From: a virus
Taxonomy: Duplodnaviria; Caudoviricetes
Length of the DNA: 60,274 nt
Virus record (IMG/VR): IMGVR_UViG_3300033412_000014
Span: 1-60,274 of that record
Strand: one strand, 5' to 3'
Made by a program: the position numbers and the translations under genes. This document shows positions 48,124 through 57,158 of this stretch, one piece after another. The notes below the pieces were generated by a model that worked only from the letters and a program-made list of their open reading frames with translations, made no database searches and had not been told where the DNA came from. Every line of letters begins with the position of its first letter. Position 1 is the first letter of the stretch.

Positions 48124-49598
48124 CGAACCACCCTCACGTCAAGCTGACGCACGCCGTGTTCATCAACTCCGTGGTCAGCGACGATCTGATAGCGAAGACC
48201 ACGATCGAGTGTTACCTCGTAGATACGCTCCAGTGGCGCCATCGCAGGCGTGCCCCGTGGTGTAAGAATGCGCATCTTGGCCGGCTGCGCCCACGAACCG
48301 ACACCACCGTTCTGGAACTCGGTGGCCAGCCGTTCAACACGTCCCGGCTCGGCGGTCGTGGAGACGAAGCCGTGGTCAACGTACTCGACGCCCGTCATGT
48401 CACCGTTGGCAACATCACCAAACATCGCACCGAGGTCACCAATGCCGCGCTCTGTTATGATGTCATCCTCCACATGTGAAGATGCCATGATCTCATCCAG
48501 TGTCGCGATCGTGGCCCGGGTCTCTGGATCAGCGATCTTGCTGGGATCACCGTCACTCGCACGGAGGCCGTCATTGATCTGCTTCGCGTTGGCGACACGG
48601 ATCCACGCCTGCGCGGCATCGATGTACTTCTGACGCGACTTGTCGTAGTCACGCTGGTTGCGCGCCGCGTACTCGCGACCGGTGCTGAACGGCACCTTGG
48701 CGAACGCACCCTTGCCACTAATGGCGTTCTTGAAGTCGTCGCCTGCCGTCTCGGCGAACCGACCGTGCGTGTCACGGACGTATTCACGGTCGGCTGCGAC
48801 GAGAGGTTCATCGGGCATCTCCAGGTCGAACGCGACGGAGCAGCGACACTGAATGATCTCACCCGGTGGTGCCGTCGGGTCACCCGGTACGAGCAGGTAC
48901 GAGACACCGGTGCCACACTCGGGGCCACCCAGCGTGAACCACTCACGCAGGTCGACGGTCTGACCACCGGCCATCTTGTGTGTGCAGCGGGTTCGCTCGT
49001 CGTTGGTGTCGAGCCACTCCTTGGTGCCGATGAGACCTGAGACGAGGACCTGCTGGAACGACCCGGCGTTGGCCGCCATGTTCGCCTCGGTGCGAGCGAT
49101 CACGTTGGCACGCGGCATACCCGTCTTTCCCGCGGTGTCGATCCGTGTTGCGAGCTGCTGGGTGGTCTCACCCAGCGAGAACCCGACGAGCAGTTCCTCA
49201 CGGATCTTCATCCACACGTGGTCACCGATGCCGACCAGCCGGTTCGTCGCCTTGGCGAGGTACTCGACGGCGAAGTCATCCGAGACCGGGTCCGATGTCA
49301 ACTCATCGAAGGCATCGTCGATACCCTGCCAGATGACGCCCGCGGACTCGAGGTAGATGTCACTTAGCGCGGGGAGCAGCTCGGCCTGAACGTGCCCCTT
49401 CCACATGGATGTGATCACCCCGAGGTCACCGATGTCGACCGGTGCCGCAGGTACGCCCGCCGCGGTGATGACCTTGTTCTGCTTGAACACGGTGATCGCG
49501 TTCTTCGTAAGGAGCGCCACCTTGCGGTCGATGAGGTCCGCGAACGCGTCCTCGCGCTCACGCATCGTGGTCGGGTCCCACCCGAAGATCTTCGTCAC
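48120..49598 (-). CDS. MuF minor head protein fused to a C-terminal ADP-ribosyltransferase-like domain
   Basis: RA.VIARTE, KEW....D.RTR.TH and PGDP....E.IQCRC MuF motifs; IN..LR, ERG, GFVSTT and YEV ART-like motifs. Confidence 0.85.
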   Translation of the reverse strand: MTKIFGWDPTTMREREDAFADLIDRKVALLTKNAITVFKQNKVITAAGVPAAPVDIGDLGVITSMWKGHVQAELLPALSDIYLESAGVIWQGIDDAFDELTSDPVSDDFAVEYLAKATNRLVGIGDHVWMKIREELLVGFSLGETTQQLATRIDTAGKTGMPRANVIARTEANMAANAGSFQQVLVSGLIGTKEWLDTNDERTRCTHKMAGGQTVDLREWFTLGGPECGTGVSYLLVPGDPTAPPGEIIQCRCSVAFDLEMPDEPLVAADREYVRDTHGRFAETAGDDFKNAISGKGAFAKVPFSTGREYAARNQRDYDKSRQKYIDAAQAWIRVANAKQINDGLRASDGDPSKIADPETRATIATLDEIMASSHVEDDIITERGIGDLGAMFGDVANGDMTGVEYVDHGFVSTTAEPGRVERLATEFQNGGVGSWAQPAKMRILTPRGTPAMAPLERIYEVTLDRGLRYQIVADHGVDEHGVRQLDVRVVR

Positions 49599-49601
49599 CG
49601 A

Positions 49602-51161
49602 TCAGTCCCGTCCGGAGTCGTTGGACGACGTCCCGCCACGATCAGGTGGTTCCTCGTCGGTAGCCGACTCAGAACCTCCCTCGATCGCTTGGGACCCTGA
49701 GTCCTCCCCTGGCATGACCTGATCCTGCCCCTGGTTGGACAGCTCGATTGCCTTTCCGGTGAGCTCCTCGAGGTATACAGGATCCGCTCCGGGGGACAGC
49801 GCCTGCCGCAGGAGGATCATCTCGATCCGTTCCCGCGTGGTCGGTGCGTCGGAGTCCTCAAAGCCGAGGTAGCGCAGGTACGCCAGTGGTCCGAGCTCAC
49901 CGTTGAGGTACGCCTTCTCGGCGTTCTCACTGAGGTCCGGCTTCTGTGTCAGTTCACCCGCGTCGTACCACGCGATGATCTCGTCCCCACCGGAATCGTT
50001 CAGGTCCTCGCCTGCGGCGGCCAGCATGGGTCGCAGGTACGTCTTCGTCAGTGCCTGGCAGACGAGCTCGACCGGCGGCACGACGTGTTGCGAGACCTCA
50101 TCGTCCTTGATCTCCCAGGCACCCCAGTGGTTCACCTCGCCAAGACCAGTGATGCGTTCCTTCGAGATGTTCATCGTCGTGGCGAGCCGTTCGATCGCCT
50201 GTCGCCGGTTCTCGATGATGTACTGGTCCATCGGCGTGAAGAACGTCAGGTGCTTGATCTTGTCGAGGAAGGCGCCGTTCACCCGCATGGGATACGGCAT
50301 CGCCGCACCCGCGGTGCCGGGGTTCTTGATGTTCCGCGACATGATCTCGACGAGTTCGGCGATCCACGGGTCGGCCGCGTCCTTGAAGTCCGGGTTCACG
50401 GGGAAGGTGAGCTCGTCCGGAAGTAGCAGGATGCCGTTCATCGCGATGCGAGACACCAGCGTCGCGATGATGTGCTTATCGTAGAGCGTGATCTCACGCA
50501 GGATCGGAATCGCCGACTTGGACTGCGAAACGGACAGCCAACCGAAGCGCGGGTGTGGGTGACGAATCTCTGCGACGAACCCGTCCACGGTTTCCCACTG
50601 GCCAGGCATCAGCTGGATCTCCCAGCGACCGACCTGCGGAGGTCGTACCATGCCGGTGCCGATGCCGAACAGCTGGGTGATTCGTCCTCGCTTGGAGCTG
50701 GACAGCGACGGCCGGATCTCGTCACCCGACTTAACCGACCACGACACGCCACCGAAGTCACGGACACCGACGAGGTAACACTTGCCAACCAGCGGGATGT
50801 GCAGCCCAAAGGCACCGTTGTTCTCCGGGTTCGAGATCTCGGCCATGAGGTCTGCCGCGGGACCGTCCTGCAAGATCTTCGGTTCGGCCTCGCCTCGCAC
50901 CCGCACGGCCGCGACGAGTCGCACGCGAGAGATCGTCTGTGAGAGCCACCAGTGGCCGTAGCCGAACTCACCGACGGTGTCGAGGTAGTCCCAGACCTCG
51001 TCTTGCCACCGTTCATACCGGAATAGGATGTTCGCACGTGGATCGTCGGGCATCATCCGGCCGGCCGCCGTCAGTGCCGCACTGTCGTCGTAGACGTTCG
51101 CGCGAACCGGGTACGGTGCGACCGACGTATCCGTAAGTGTGGTGCGTCGGCGGTCTGCCAC
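49602..51161 (-). CDS. Portal protein
   Basis: WQDEVW...D.VGE, SRVRL, SRI..NGIL..P.E and G.GEVNHW.AW; GTG start after GGAGG. Confidence 0.85.
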   Translation of the reverse strand: MADRRRTTLTDTSVAPYPVRANVYDDSAALTAAGRMMPDDPRANILFRYERWQDEVWDYLDTVGEFGYGHWWLSQTISRVRLVAAVRVRGEAEPKILQDGPAADLMAEISNPENNGAFGLHIPLVGKCYLVGVRDFGGVSWSVKSGDEIRPSLSSSKRGRITQLFGIGTGMVRPPQVGRWEIQLMPGQWETVDGFVAEIRHPHPRFGWLSVSQSKSAIPILREITLYDKHIIATLVSRIAMNGILLLPDELTFPVNPDFKDAADPWIAELVEIMSRNIKNPGTAGAAMPYPMRVNGAFLDKIKHLTFFTPMDQYIIENRRQAIERLATTMNISKERITGLGEVNHWGAWEIKDDEVSQHVVPPVELVCQALTKTYLRPMLAAAGEDLNDSGGDEIIAWYDAGELTQKPDLSENAEKAYLNGELGPLAYLRYLGFEDSDAPTTRERIEMILLRQALSPGADPVYLEELTGKAIELSNQGQDQVMPGEDSGSQAIEGGSESATDEEPPDRGGTSSNDSGRD

Positions 51162-51171
51162 CGGCTGCCTC

Positions 51172-51552
51172 CTACTCGGGCTCGTGTGTTGCGATGAGAC
51201 CGGTGACCGTGGAGGCGGCCAGCCAGATGAGGAACGGCATGGGAACACTGACGAAGTGTGTCAGGGCCGTGACCAGTCCACCGGAGACCCAGACTGAGAC
51301 GCACCAGTCGCACTCCCACAGGTACGCCAGGCTCTGCCCGACGATTCCCCAGTGAGGCTTGGGTGGGTGCTGCTCGATCGGTCGTCCCGCGTGCTTCGCG
51401 CGCCACTGAACGATGTACTCGTCGGAGGGGTCGAGCCAGTTCGTCACGTGATAGCGCGGAATCGCGATGAGGGGGAACTTGTCACGCGTGATGAGACGCG
51501 TCAGGCGGTGAACCGCGAGCGCTATGAGAAGGTAGAGCAACCACGTCGGCAT
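51172..51552 (-). CDS. DUF1360-like membrane protein
   Basis: RLTRLIT.D and C.WC.SVW; TM helices. Confidence 0.75.
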   Translation of the reverse strand: MPTWLLYLLIALAVHRLTRLITRDKFPLIAIPRYHVTNWLDPSDEYIVQWRAKHAGRPIEQHPPKPHWGIVGQSLAYLWECDWCVSVWVSGGLVTALTHFVSVPMPFLIWLAASTVTGLIATHEPE

Positions 51553-51571
51553 GATGCTACGGTACTACGAA

Positions 51572-51628
51572 ACCTAGGTGGGTCATTAGTGACACAAAAA
51601 CGGCACCTAGGTGGGTACCTAGGTGCCG
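51572..51628 (-). terminator. Palindromic terminator with repeated ACCTAGGT(GGGT) units
   Basis: CGGCACCTAGGT/ACCTAGGTGCCG stem followed by T5 on the minus strand; third copy at 51572. Confidence 0.65.
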
Positions 51629-51646
51629 GGTTGAAGTCGAACTTCT

Positions 51647-51832
51647 TCAGATGTTGGTCGGACTGATCCTGATAATCACGAACCCTCGTGCGAGCAGGTG
51701 CTGCTCGATGGCTTCAGCGGTTACGAGCTCATCGATGTCATCAAGAACCTCTTCGATGATCGCGCTACGAAGCGCAGCACGAAGTGCGTTGAACGCGACA
51801 TGCTCTTTGTCGTTCCGTTCGATCTTCTCCAC
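51647..51832 (-). CDS. Hypothetical protein
   Basis: GGAGAAGG RBS. Confidence 0.55.
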   Translation of the reverse strand: MEKIERNDKEHVAFNALRAALRSAIIEEVLDDIDELVTAEAIEQHLLARGFVIIRISPTNI

Positions 51833-51841
51833 GTCCTTCTC

Positions 51842-52354
51842 CTACCGCCAGTTGAGGTGCGGGTACTTGTCCTCGAGCCGCTGGGTGATCTCGTCGTCGG
51901 ACGGGTAAGTCACATCCTCCCAACCCGCCCAGATGTCGCCCGTGTAGGAAGTAGAGACGGTGGAGGTGCTCTTCTTGATCTTCTTACCCTTCTTACTCGT
52001 CCAGATGTACTTGTTCGTCGCGAGCGTGTCGTACAGCGCGTTCCACACCCGGAGGTACGCGTTGTGCAGCTGCCGGTCCCTCACGGAGTTCTTGAAGTTC
52101 TGGTAGTCGACATCCTGCGCCATCCGAGCCAGCGCGAGTGCCCACTCGTCATGGGAGCAGAACACCCGGAACTCGTAGTCGGCGTGCTGCAGACGAACGA
52201 TGTCGCTCGCCTCCGGCAGGTAGCGCTCCTTGAGCGTTCGCAGGTCTTGCGCGCGTCGCGCACGGATCTGCAGCAGCTGTGTGTCACCCTTGGGAATGTA
52301 CCTCTCGTCACGAAGTGTCGCTGAGAACATTCCGAAGTTCGTCATGGTCCACAT
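51842..52354 (-). CDS. Conserved-looking hypothetical protein
   Basis: MW..TNFG.FS, IRAR, ADYEFR and DY.NFK.SV pattern; good RBS. Confidence 0.7.
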   Translation of the reverse strand: MWTMTNFGMFSATLRDERYIPKGDTQLLQIRARRAQDLRTLKERYLPEASDIVRLQHADYEFRVFCSHDEWALALARMAQDVDYQNFKNSVRDRQLHNAYLRVWNALYDTLATNKYIWTSKKGKKIKKSTSTVSTSYTGDIWAGWEDVTYPSDDEITQRLEDKYPHLNWR

Positions 52355-52374
52355 GTCTTGTCCTCTCCTCTTAC

Positions 52375-52635
52375 CTAGATGTTCTCTCGCTTGACCGTGA
52401 TGATCTCGTCCGGCATCGCGTAGTAGGACTCCTCGCCGTCGTAGTGGCGTTGGAAGTACTTGTCCGCCGAGTCACCGGTCAGGTTCACCCAGCCACCCGC
52501 GTCGCGAATGTCTTGAGGAACACCGTCGTGTGACACACGGTCGATCGTCCTGACGATGTAGTCGACCTCGGAGCAGCCGACGACGTCGCCGACCCGCACA
52601 TCGGTAGCCTTGATCATCATGAGTGAAAGTGGCAT
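52375..52635 (-). CDS. Hypothetical protein
   Basis: GAGAGGACAGGAC RBS before ATG 52635. Confidence 0.65.
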   Translation of the reverse strand: MPLSLMMIKATDVRVGDVVGCSEVDYIVRTIDRVSHDGVPQDIRDAGGWVNLTGDSADKYFQRHYDGEESYYAMPDEIITVKRENI

Positions 52636-52662
52636 CGTCCTGTCCTCTCTTAGATTCCTACG

Positions 52663-52733
52663 TGCTCCACGGGAGAATCGAACTCCCGCCCCCAGGTTGA
52701 GAGCCTGGCGTCCTACCACTGGACGAGTGGAGC
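52663..52733 (-). tRNA. tRNA-Glu(CTC)
   Basis: Full cloverleaf GCTCCAC/GTGGAGC, GTCC/GGAC, CCAGG-CTCTCAA-CCTGG and GGGAG-TTCGATT-CTCCC; no encoded CCA. Confidence 0.92.
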
Positions 52734-52770
52734 GGTGCGGGCTACTAGGCCACCCGCCGGGCTTTTGTGG

Positions 52771-53049
52771 TCACTTCGAGCGAAGCGCGTTGCGCATGTG
52801 CTCGATGTTCGTCTTGACCATGATCGTCGCCTGCGTGAGCTCGATGTTCCAGGTCGCCATCGCCAGCTCGACGAGCATCCACTCGCCAGTCGCGCGAACC
52901 GTCGCGACGTGATCCGGGTGCGCCGTGAGCTTCAGGGCCTTCACCCGAGCTACGAACTGCGCGAGCATGTGCAGAAACACCGTGTCTGCAGTGGTGTTGC
53001 CCATGTTCGCTGCGATCTCCGCAAACGCCGCCTTCTCTTCCGCGTTCAT
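52771..53049 (-). CDS. Hypothetical protein
   Basis: GAGGAGGACAGG RBS and its own promoter. Confidence 0.7.
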   Translation of the reverse strand: MNAEEKAAFAEIAANMGNTTADTVFLHMLAQFVARVKALKLTAHPDHVATVRATGEWMLVELAMATWNIELTQATIMVKTNIEHMRNALRSK

Positions 53050-53076
53050 CCTGTCCTCCTCGTTACCGTTGACTAA

Positions 53077-53105
53077 ATAGTATCACACGTGGTGCGGTGG
53101 TGCAA
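53077..53105 (-). promoter_or_regulatory. Promoter TTGCAC-N17-TACTAT
   Basis: Near-consensus boxes with TGTGA extension. Confidence 0.75.
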
Positions 53106-53109
53106 CGAG

Positions 53110-53319
53110 CTACTTCGCGATCACATGACGACGCGTGATCTCGACGTCAACATCACCGTCCATGGAGTGCTTCCACGTGCCGTCGGGCCACTCCATCCAG
53201 ACACCCCGATACCCGTCCTCGAGAGTGTCATCGTAGTGCTTCATCGCGACCTGAGCCGTCAGAAACAGACCCAGGTCCTGGTCCTCGTCCACGCTCACCA
53301 TGTGCCAAACATACACCAT
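53110..53319 (-). CDS. Hypothetical protein
   Basis: ATG 53319 downstream of the promoter at 53359-53387. Confidence 0.6.
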   Translation of the reverse strand: MVYVWHMVSVDEDQDLGLFLTAQVAMKHYDDTLEDGYRGVWMEWPDGTWKHSMDGDVDVEITRRHVIAK

Positions 53320-53358
53320 CGTCTTGTCCCATCCTTCGTTGTCCTTGCTTATAGTACC

Positions 53359-53387
53359 ATTATACACCACAGTGGGTCACTGTGCAA
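53359..53387 (-). promoter_or_regulatory. Promoter TTGCAC-N17-TATAAT
   Basis: Consensus -10; a second TGGTACTAT lies at 53351-53359. Confidence 0.75.
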
Positions 53388-53415
53388 CCGTAACGTGATG
53401 TGAAGTGTGCCGTTC

Positions 53416-54990
53416 TTAGAACGGACCGGACCGCGATCCCGCGAAGATGTCGTCGGCGCCACCGGCGTAGGGCTGCCACACATCGGTGGGGCTAGTGCCC
53501 GCGAGCAGGTCGGTGGTCATGAGGTCCAGCGGAGGTAGGATCGCCTCGTGGTTCATCTCGGTGAAGGCGAGTAGGAGTGCGTCGGACTTGTCGGGCGACA
53601 TGCCGGTGCGCTTGATGATCTCGTCCTTACGCTCGATCTTTACCTTACCCGCGGAGTCCATGATCTCATAGTGTGACGCGGTGAGCTCGGCGATCGTGTC
53701 GTCGTCCACGCGTGTTAGGTCCCAGCTGCGCAGCCGACACGCCTCACGCCCGATGATCCAGTGCATGTAGGCGCGCATGTTGAGGACCTTCGCCTCGAAC
53801 CCAGGCGGTGGAGACTGCGCGAAGTTGATCGCGGTGACCTCGGCGTCGTGCTGCCAGTCCTTGTCCGATCCAGCGGGATTCGACCGGCTGCTGAGCTCCT
53901 TCAGTCGTCCGCAGATGCCCCAACCGATTCCGGTCGAGTCGACCTTAACGCGGCGGATCCCCTCCTCCCGGAGGATGTTTGCGAGCTTTCCGACCGTTCG
54001 CATCGGGTCACTGTCGATGAACACGTACTCGTCCAGTGCGACACGTCCCTGCCGAACCCGCAGGATCGTACGGTCACCGCCGCCACCGACGTCGATGCCC
54101 GCCTCCTTGTCGAGAGCCGTGTTGAGCGGCAGTTCGTTGGACTTGCAGGCGATCGCCCACGCGTACGGGATCGTCGAGTACGGGTCACCGACGGTCGGGA
54201 ACTCTCCGTCACACTTGGACTGAAAGATCGCGGACTCCGGGCCCCAGTGCTTCTTCCGGTCCTCGTACCACACCTCGTGGATGAGGACGTCGCGGACGTG
54301 CTGTGGAACCTCCTCGCCCGTGTAGTTGGGTGTATCCTTGAACCCGATCTTAATGACGTTCCAGTCACTGGTCGGCTTACACACCGTTCCGAACTCGGTG
54401 AGGACGTCGTCGGGGTTGCCGATCGCGAGGATGCGCGAGTGTTCGTTGGCGGCCAGCGTCGACGCGGCGTCCCACATCGTCCGGACGACACCGCAGGCCT
54501 CGTCGAGTACGACGAGCAGCTTACGTGCGTGAAGGCCCTGGAACGCGTGGGTGTTGTAGTCGCTGGGCTTACGCCCGAACGCGACGAGCTCACGGCCGAT
54601 GTACCACTCCGTCAGGTTCGTTCGTCCTGGGAGTCCCGCGGACGTGTGGAGTCGGTTGATCTCGCGCCAGAGAATCGCCTCGACCTGCGGTGCCGTAGGC
54701 GCCGTCGTTACGACGAAGGCCTCACCCGGGAGATGGCAGTCCAGCCACCAGCAGACGGTCGTTGCGGCGACGAAGGACTTACCCGTCTCGTGACAGCTGT
54801 GGACGGCGGTCTTACGGTGGTCCCGCACCGATCGGATGATCTCCTGCTGCTTGGACCAGAGGTCAAGATGCGCCCGCTCCCTCGTCCACAGCACCGGATC
54901 ACGCTGGTAGCGACGCCCAGGCGGGTCCGCTCGCTGGAGCATCGCCTGCCCGGGCGTTCCGATCGTGGGTACCGTTGCGAGCTTAGCCAC
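53416..54990 (-). CDS. Terminase large subunit
   Basis: WSKQ, SCHETGKS, TAPT..QV, VLDEA, IGNP, GIDVG.GGD and SPDKSDA. Confidence 0.93.
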   Translation of the reverse strand: MAKLATVPTIGTPGQAMLQRADPPGRRYQRDPVLWTRERAHLDLWSKQQEIIRSVRDHRKTAVHSCHETGKSFVAATTVCWWLDCHLPGEAFVVTTAPTAPQVEAILWREINRLHTSAGLPGRTNLTEWYIGRELVAFGRKPSDYNTHAFQGLHARKLLVVLDEACGVVRTMWDAASTLAANEHSRILAIGNPDDVLTEFGTVCKPTSDWNVIKIGFKDTPNYTGEEVPQHVRDVLIHEVWYEDRKKHWGPESAIFQSKCDGEFPTVGDPYSTIPYAWAIACKSNELPLNTALDKEAGIDVGGGGDRTILRVRQGRVALDEYVFIDSDPMRTVGKLANILREEGIRRVKVDSTGIGWGICGRLKELSSRSNPAGSDKDWQHDAEVTAINFAQSPPPGFEAKVLNMRAYMHWIIGREACRLRSWDLTRVDDDTIAELTASHYEIMDSAGKVKIERKDEIIKRTGMSPDKSDALLLAFTEMNHEAILPPLDLMTTDLLAGTSPTDVWQPYAGGADDIFAGSRSGPF

Positions 54991-55008
54991 CGTTTCACGG
55001 TAGCACGT

Positions 55009-56010
55009 TTAGATCAGCTCAGCGGCGGTGATGAACAGCTCGAGCAGCATCAGCACGACGGCGAAGAAGAAACACCGCAAGCGGGTCCTCCCGCTGAGCC
55101 GGTGGTCGAACGCCATCAGCCACAGGATGAAGCTGACCGCTCCGATGAACGTCATGGCCAGTACGTGCAGAGTTGACACGTCGTATCCTCTCTTGTTCAC
55201 GGCGTGCGTCGCAGAACCACAACCCACGTAGCAGGTTGATGGTCAGGTACGCACAGCCGAATATGATCAGTCCTCGGTGCTCGAAGGTCGTAAACATGAA
55301 GCCAGGGTAGCGGCTTTGTGCAAACGAAAGCGGCACGCACCTTGTGGGTCCGTGCCGCCTTCTGCCCATTCCGAAACCTCAGAACCGTTCTTATCGTAGC
55401 AGGTCGTGACCAAGCAGTCCCGCGCAGAGGTACGCGAACGTGATGATCACGCCCAGTACGCCTAGGATGAGAAGCGACCACATCATGCGATCCAGGTTGG
55501 GTGGCTTCTCATCACCCGTCATTCGAACACCCGCAGGGCGCCCAGGATCATCACAACTGCGATGGCCCCGATGACACCTAGGACGAAGACCTTGACCCAC
55601 GGTACACGGTTGAACATCTCATCCTCCGATCGTCTGACACGCCGCGAACAGGCCGCAGCCGACGGCGCAGATCACAATGATGACCGCGAGGCAGCCGATC
55701 ACGGCCGCACGTGAACGTGCGCGGAGTTCACGCTGGAAGTTCGCGTGCGACCGGATCATCACCGTCACTTGTCCTTGTCGTCGAAGGTCTTGATGATCGC
55801 GATGAGGAACAGGCCGACGACTGCGCCGCCGGCGATCCACGGAAGGTACTCACGCAACATGACGCGTTACTTCCGCTTGAAGAGAGACGCGACGCCTCCC
55901 ACGATCATGAGCACGATGAGGGCGAGCCACGCGTAGCCCCACCCGTCCACCGCCTGCCAGCCACCGTCGCCACCGACGTTCTCGGCCACGGTCTGTACGA
56001 CTCCCTGCAT
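55009..56010 (-). CDS. Array of at least six tiny TM-protein genes (55009-55179, 55391-55522, 55519-55617, 55619-55768, 55765-55860, 55867-56010)
   Basis: Manually translated 31-56 aa ORFs, each hydrophobic, mostly linked by overlapping or abutting stop/start codons. Confidence 0.6.
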
Positions 56011-56043
56011 CCTGACTTCTCCCTACGTTGATGAACACTTACG

Positions 56044-56153
56044 TGGGCAGGCGAGGACTCGAACCTCGCGCTCCTCCCTCACCCGGTGCCCCAGGTGTCG
56101 ATCGCCGGCGCCGACGATCGAACGGGTGCTCTGTTCCGTTGAGCTATCTGCCC
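56044..56153 (-). ncRNA. tRNA-like RNA with the anticodon arm replaced by a ~40-nt structured insertion
   Basis: GGGCAG/CTGCCC acceptor, TA-GCTC..GAGC D-arm and CGAGG-TTCGAGT-CCTCG T-arm. Confidence 0.7.
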
Positions 56154-56177
56154 GTGAGCCGCCTTGCGGCGGCCATC

Positions 56178-56384
56178 TTACCCAACGATCTTGAAGTGCG
56201 GACCGTCCTCGTCGGTGCCAACGAACTTCTGGATCTCCTCCGCGCGCTTCATACGCGCCTCGAACTCCTCCGCGGTCTCGTGCTCGTCGCAGAGGTCGCG
56301 GTAACCCTGGTCAACCGCGTCCTTCAGCTCCTGCCACCGGCGATCCTCGTCCTGCTCAATTCGCAGGTCATCTGCCTCGGCCAT
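56178..56384 (-). CDS. Small acidic hypothetical protein
   Basis: GGGAGAG RBS and its own promoter. Confidence 0.65.
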   Translation of the reverse strand: MAEADDLRIEQDEDRRWQELKDAVDQGYRDLCDEHETAEEFEARMKRAEEIQKFVGTDEDGPHFKIVG

Positions 56385-56431
56385 CGTGCTCTCCCTTCAG
56401 TCGTCCTCCAGGTGTTCTCGTCGTTGAGATT

Positions 56432-56461
56432 ATAGTACCACACATCACGCGCTTGGTGCAA
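56432..56461 (-). promoter_or_regulatory. Promoter TTGCAC-N18-TACTAT
   Basis: TGTGGTACTATAAT motif. Confidence 0.7.
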
Positions 56462-56753
56462 CCTCGCGCCCGTAGAGCGTCTCACGCCGGTCGCGTCCGT
56501 TCCGGCAGAGTCCCAGCTCGACCAGTCGCTGTGGTGGCTGCGGACGTCGATCGTAGTGGTTGATCCAGTGGTTCCACGCGCGGTAGCACCGACCGCACAT
56601 ACCACGTGCGTGCATCTCTTGATCGGGATGACAGATCGCGAACCGTGGACGCGAGTCCTCACCCCGCTGGTATCCGATGTGGTGATGATGAATGAGGTCA
56701 TCGTAACCGAGACGTCGGCCGATCCCCATGTCGATGTCGAGGTAGACAGGCAT
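56445..56753 (-). CDS. Hypothetical protein with CHPD...HARG.C..CY zinc motif
   Basis: Motif resembles the N-terminal zinc module of phage endonucleases; no nuclease domain seen. Confidence 0.5.
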   Translation of the reverse strand: MPVYLDIDMGIGRRLGYDDLIHHHHIGYQRGEDSRPRFAICHPDQEMHARGMCGRCYRAWNHWINHYDRRPQPPQRLVELGLCRNGRDRRETLYGREVAPSA

Positions 56754-56778
56754 CACGTCATCTCCGGTCCTCAAACGA

Positions 56779-56855
56779 TGGTAGCGGGAGATGGATTTGA
56801 ACCACCGACCGTCGGGTTATGAGCCCGATGCGCTGCCGAGCTGCGCCATCCCGCT
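56779..56855 (-). tRNA. tRNA-Met(CAT), initiator-like, with encoded CCA
   Basis: AGCGGGA/TCCCGCT, TCGGG-CTCATAA-CCCGA (three G-C pairs), TTCAAAT T-loop and ACCA. Confidence 0.92.
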
Positions 56856-56951
56856 TCGGCGCAAGGTGAGCCGTACGTCTCCCTCACGCCTATCCGGTTC
56901 TTCCCTCCACGCATCTTGCCGTACGACTCATCGCTTCAGTTCTCCGGCTCG

Positions 56952-57024
56952 TCCCCATCCCAGGTATCGGGCCTGGCTTCGTCCCCAGAACGAGGGGCCG
57001 CATGCACCTGCATGCTCGATAGGG
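56952..57024 (-). ncRNA. Degenerate tRNA-like cloverleaf (loop TCGTTCT, T-loop CCCGATA)
   Basis: CCCTATC/GATGGGG, GCAT/ATGC, CCCC/GGGG and CCAGG/CCTGG stems at canonical spacing. Confidence 0.55.
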
Positions 57025-57158
57025 TAGGCCCGGGAGGTCCTCCAGCTTCACGGGACATTGACTTTTCAGGCCGCTCTCCTCCACTGGACCGCGTGCACAC
57101 GGTCCCTCCCTTGAACGATCCATGGCCACCCTTGCGGATGCAACCACTTCACGAACCG

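Noticed and set aside
31554-55176. Long plus-strand ORFs (e.g. 33225-34376, 39524-40699, 47240-48265, 53761-55176)
   Set aside because: Antisense shadows of structural genes, typical of high-GC DNA, with no recognisable motifs
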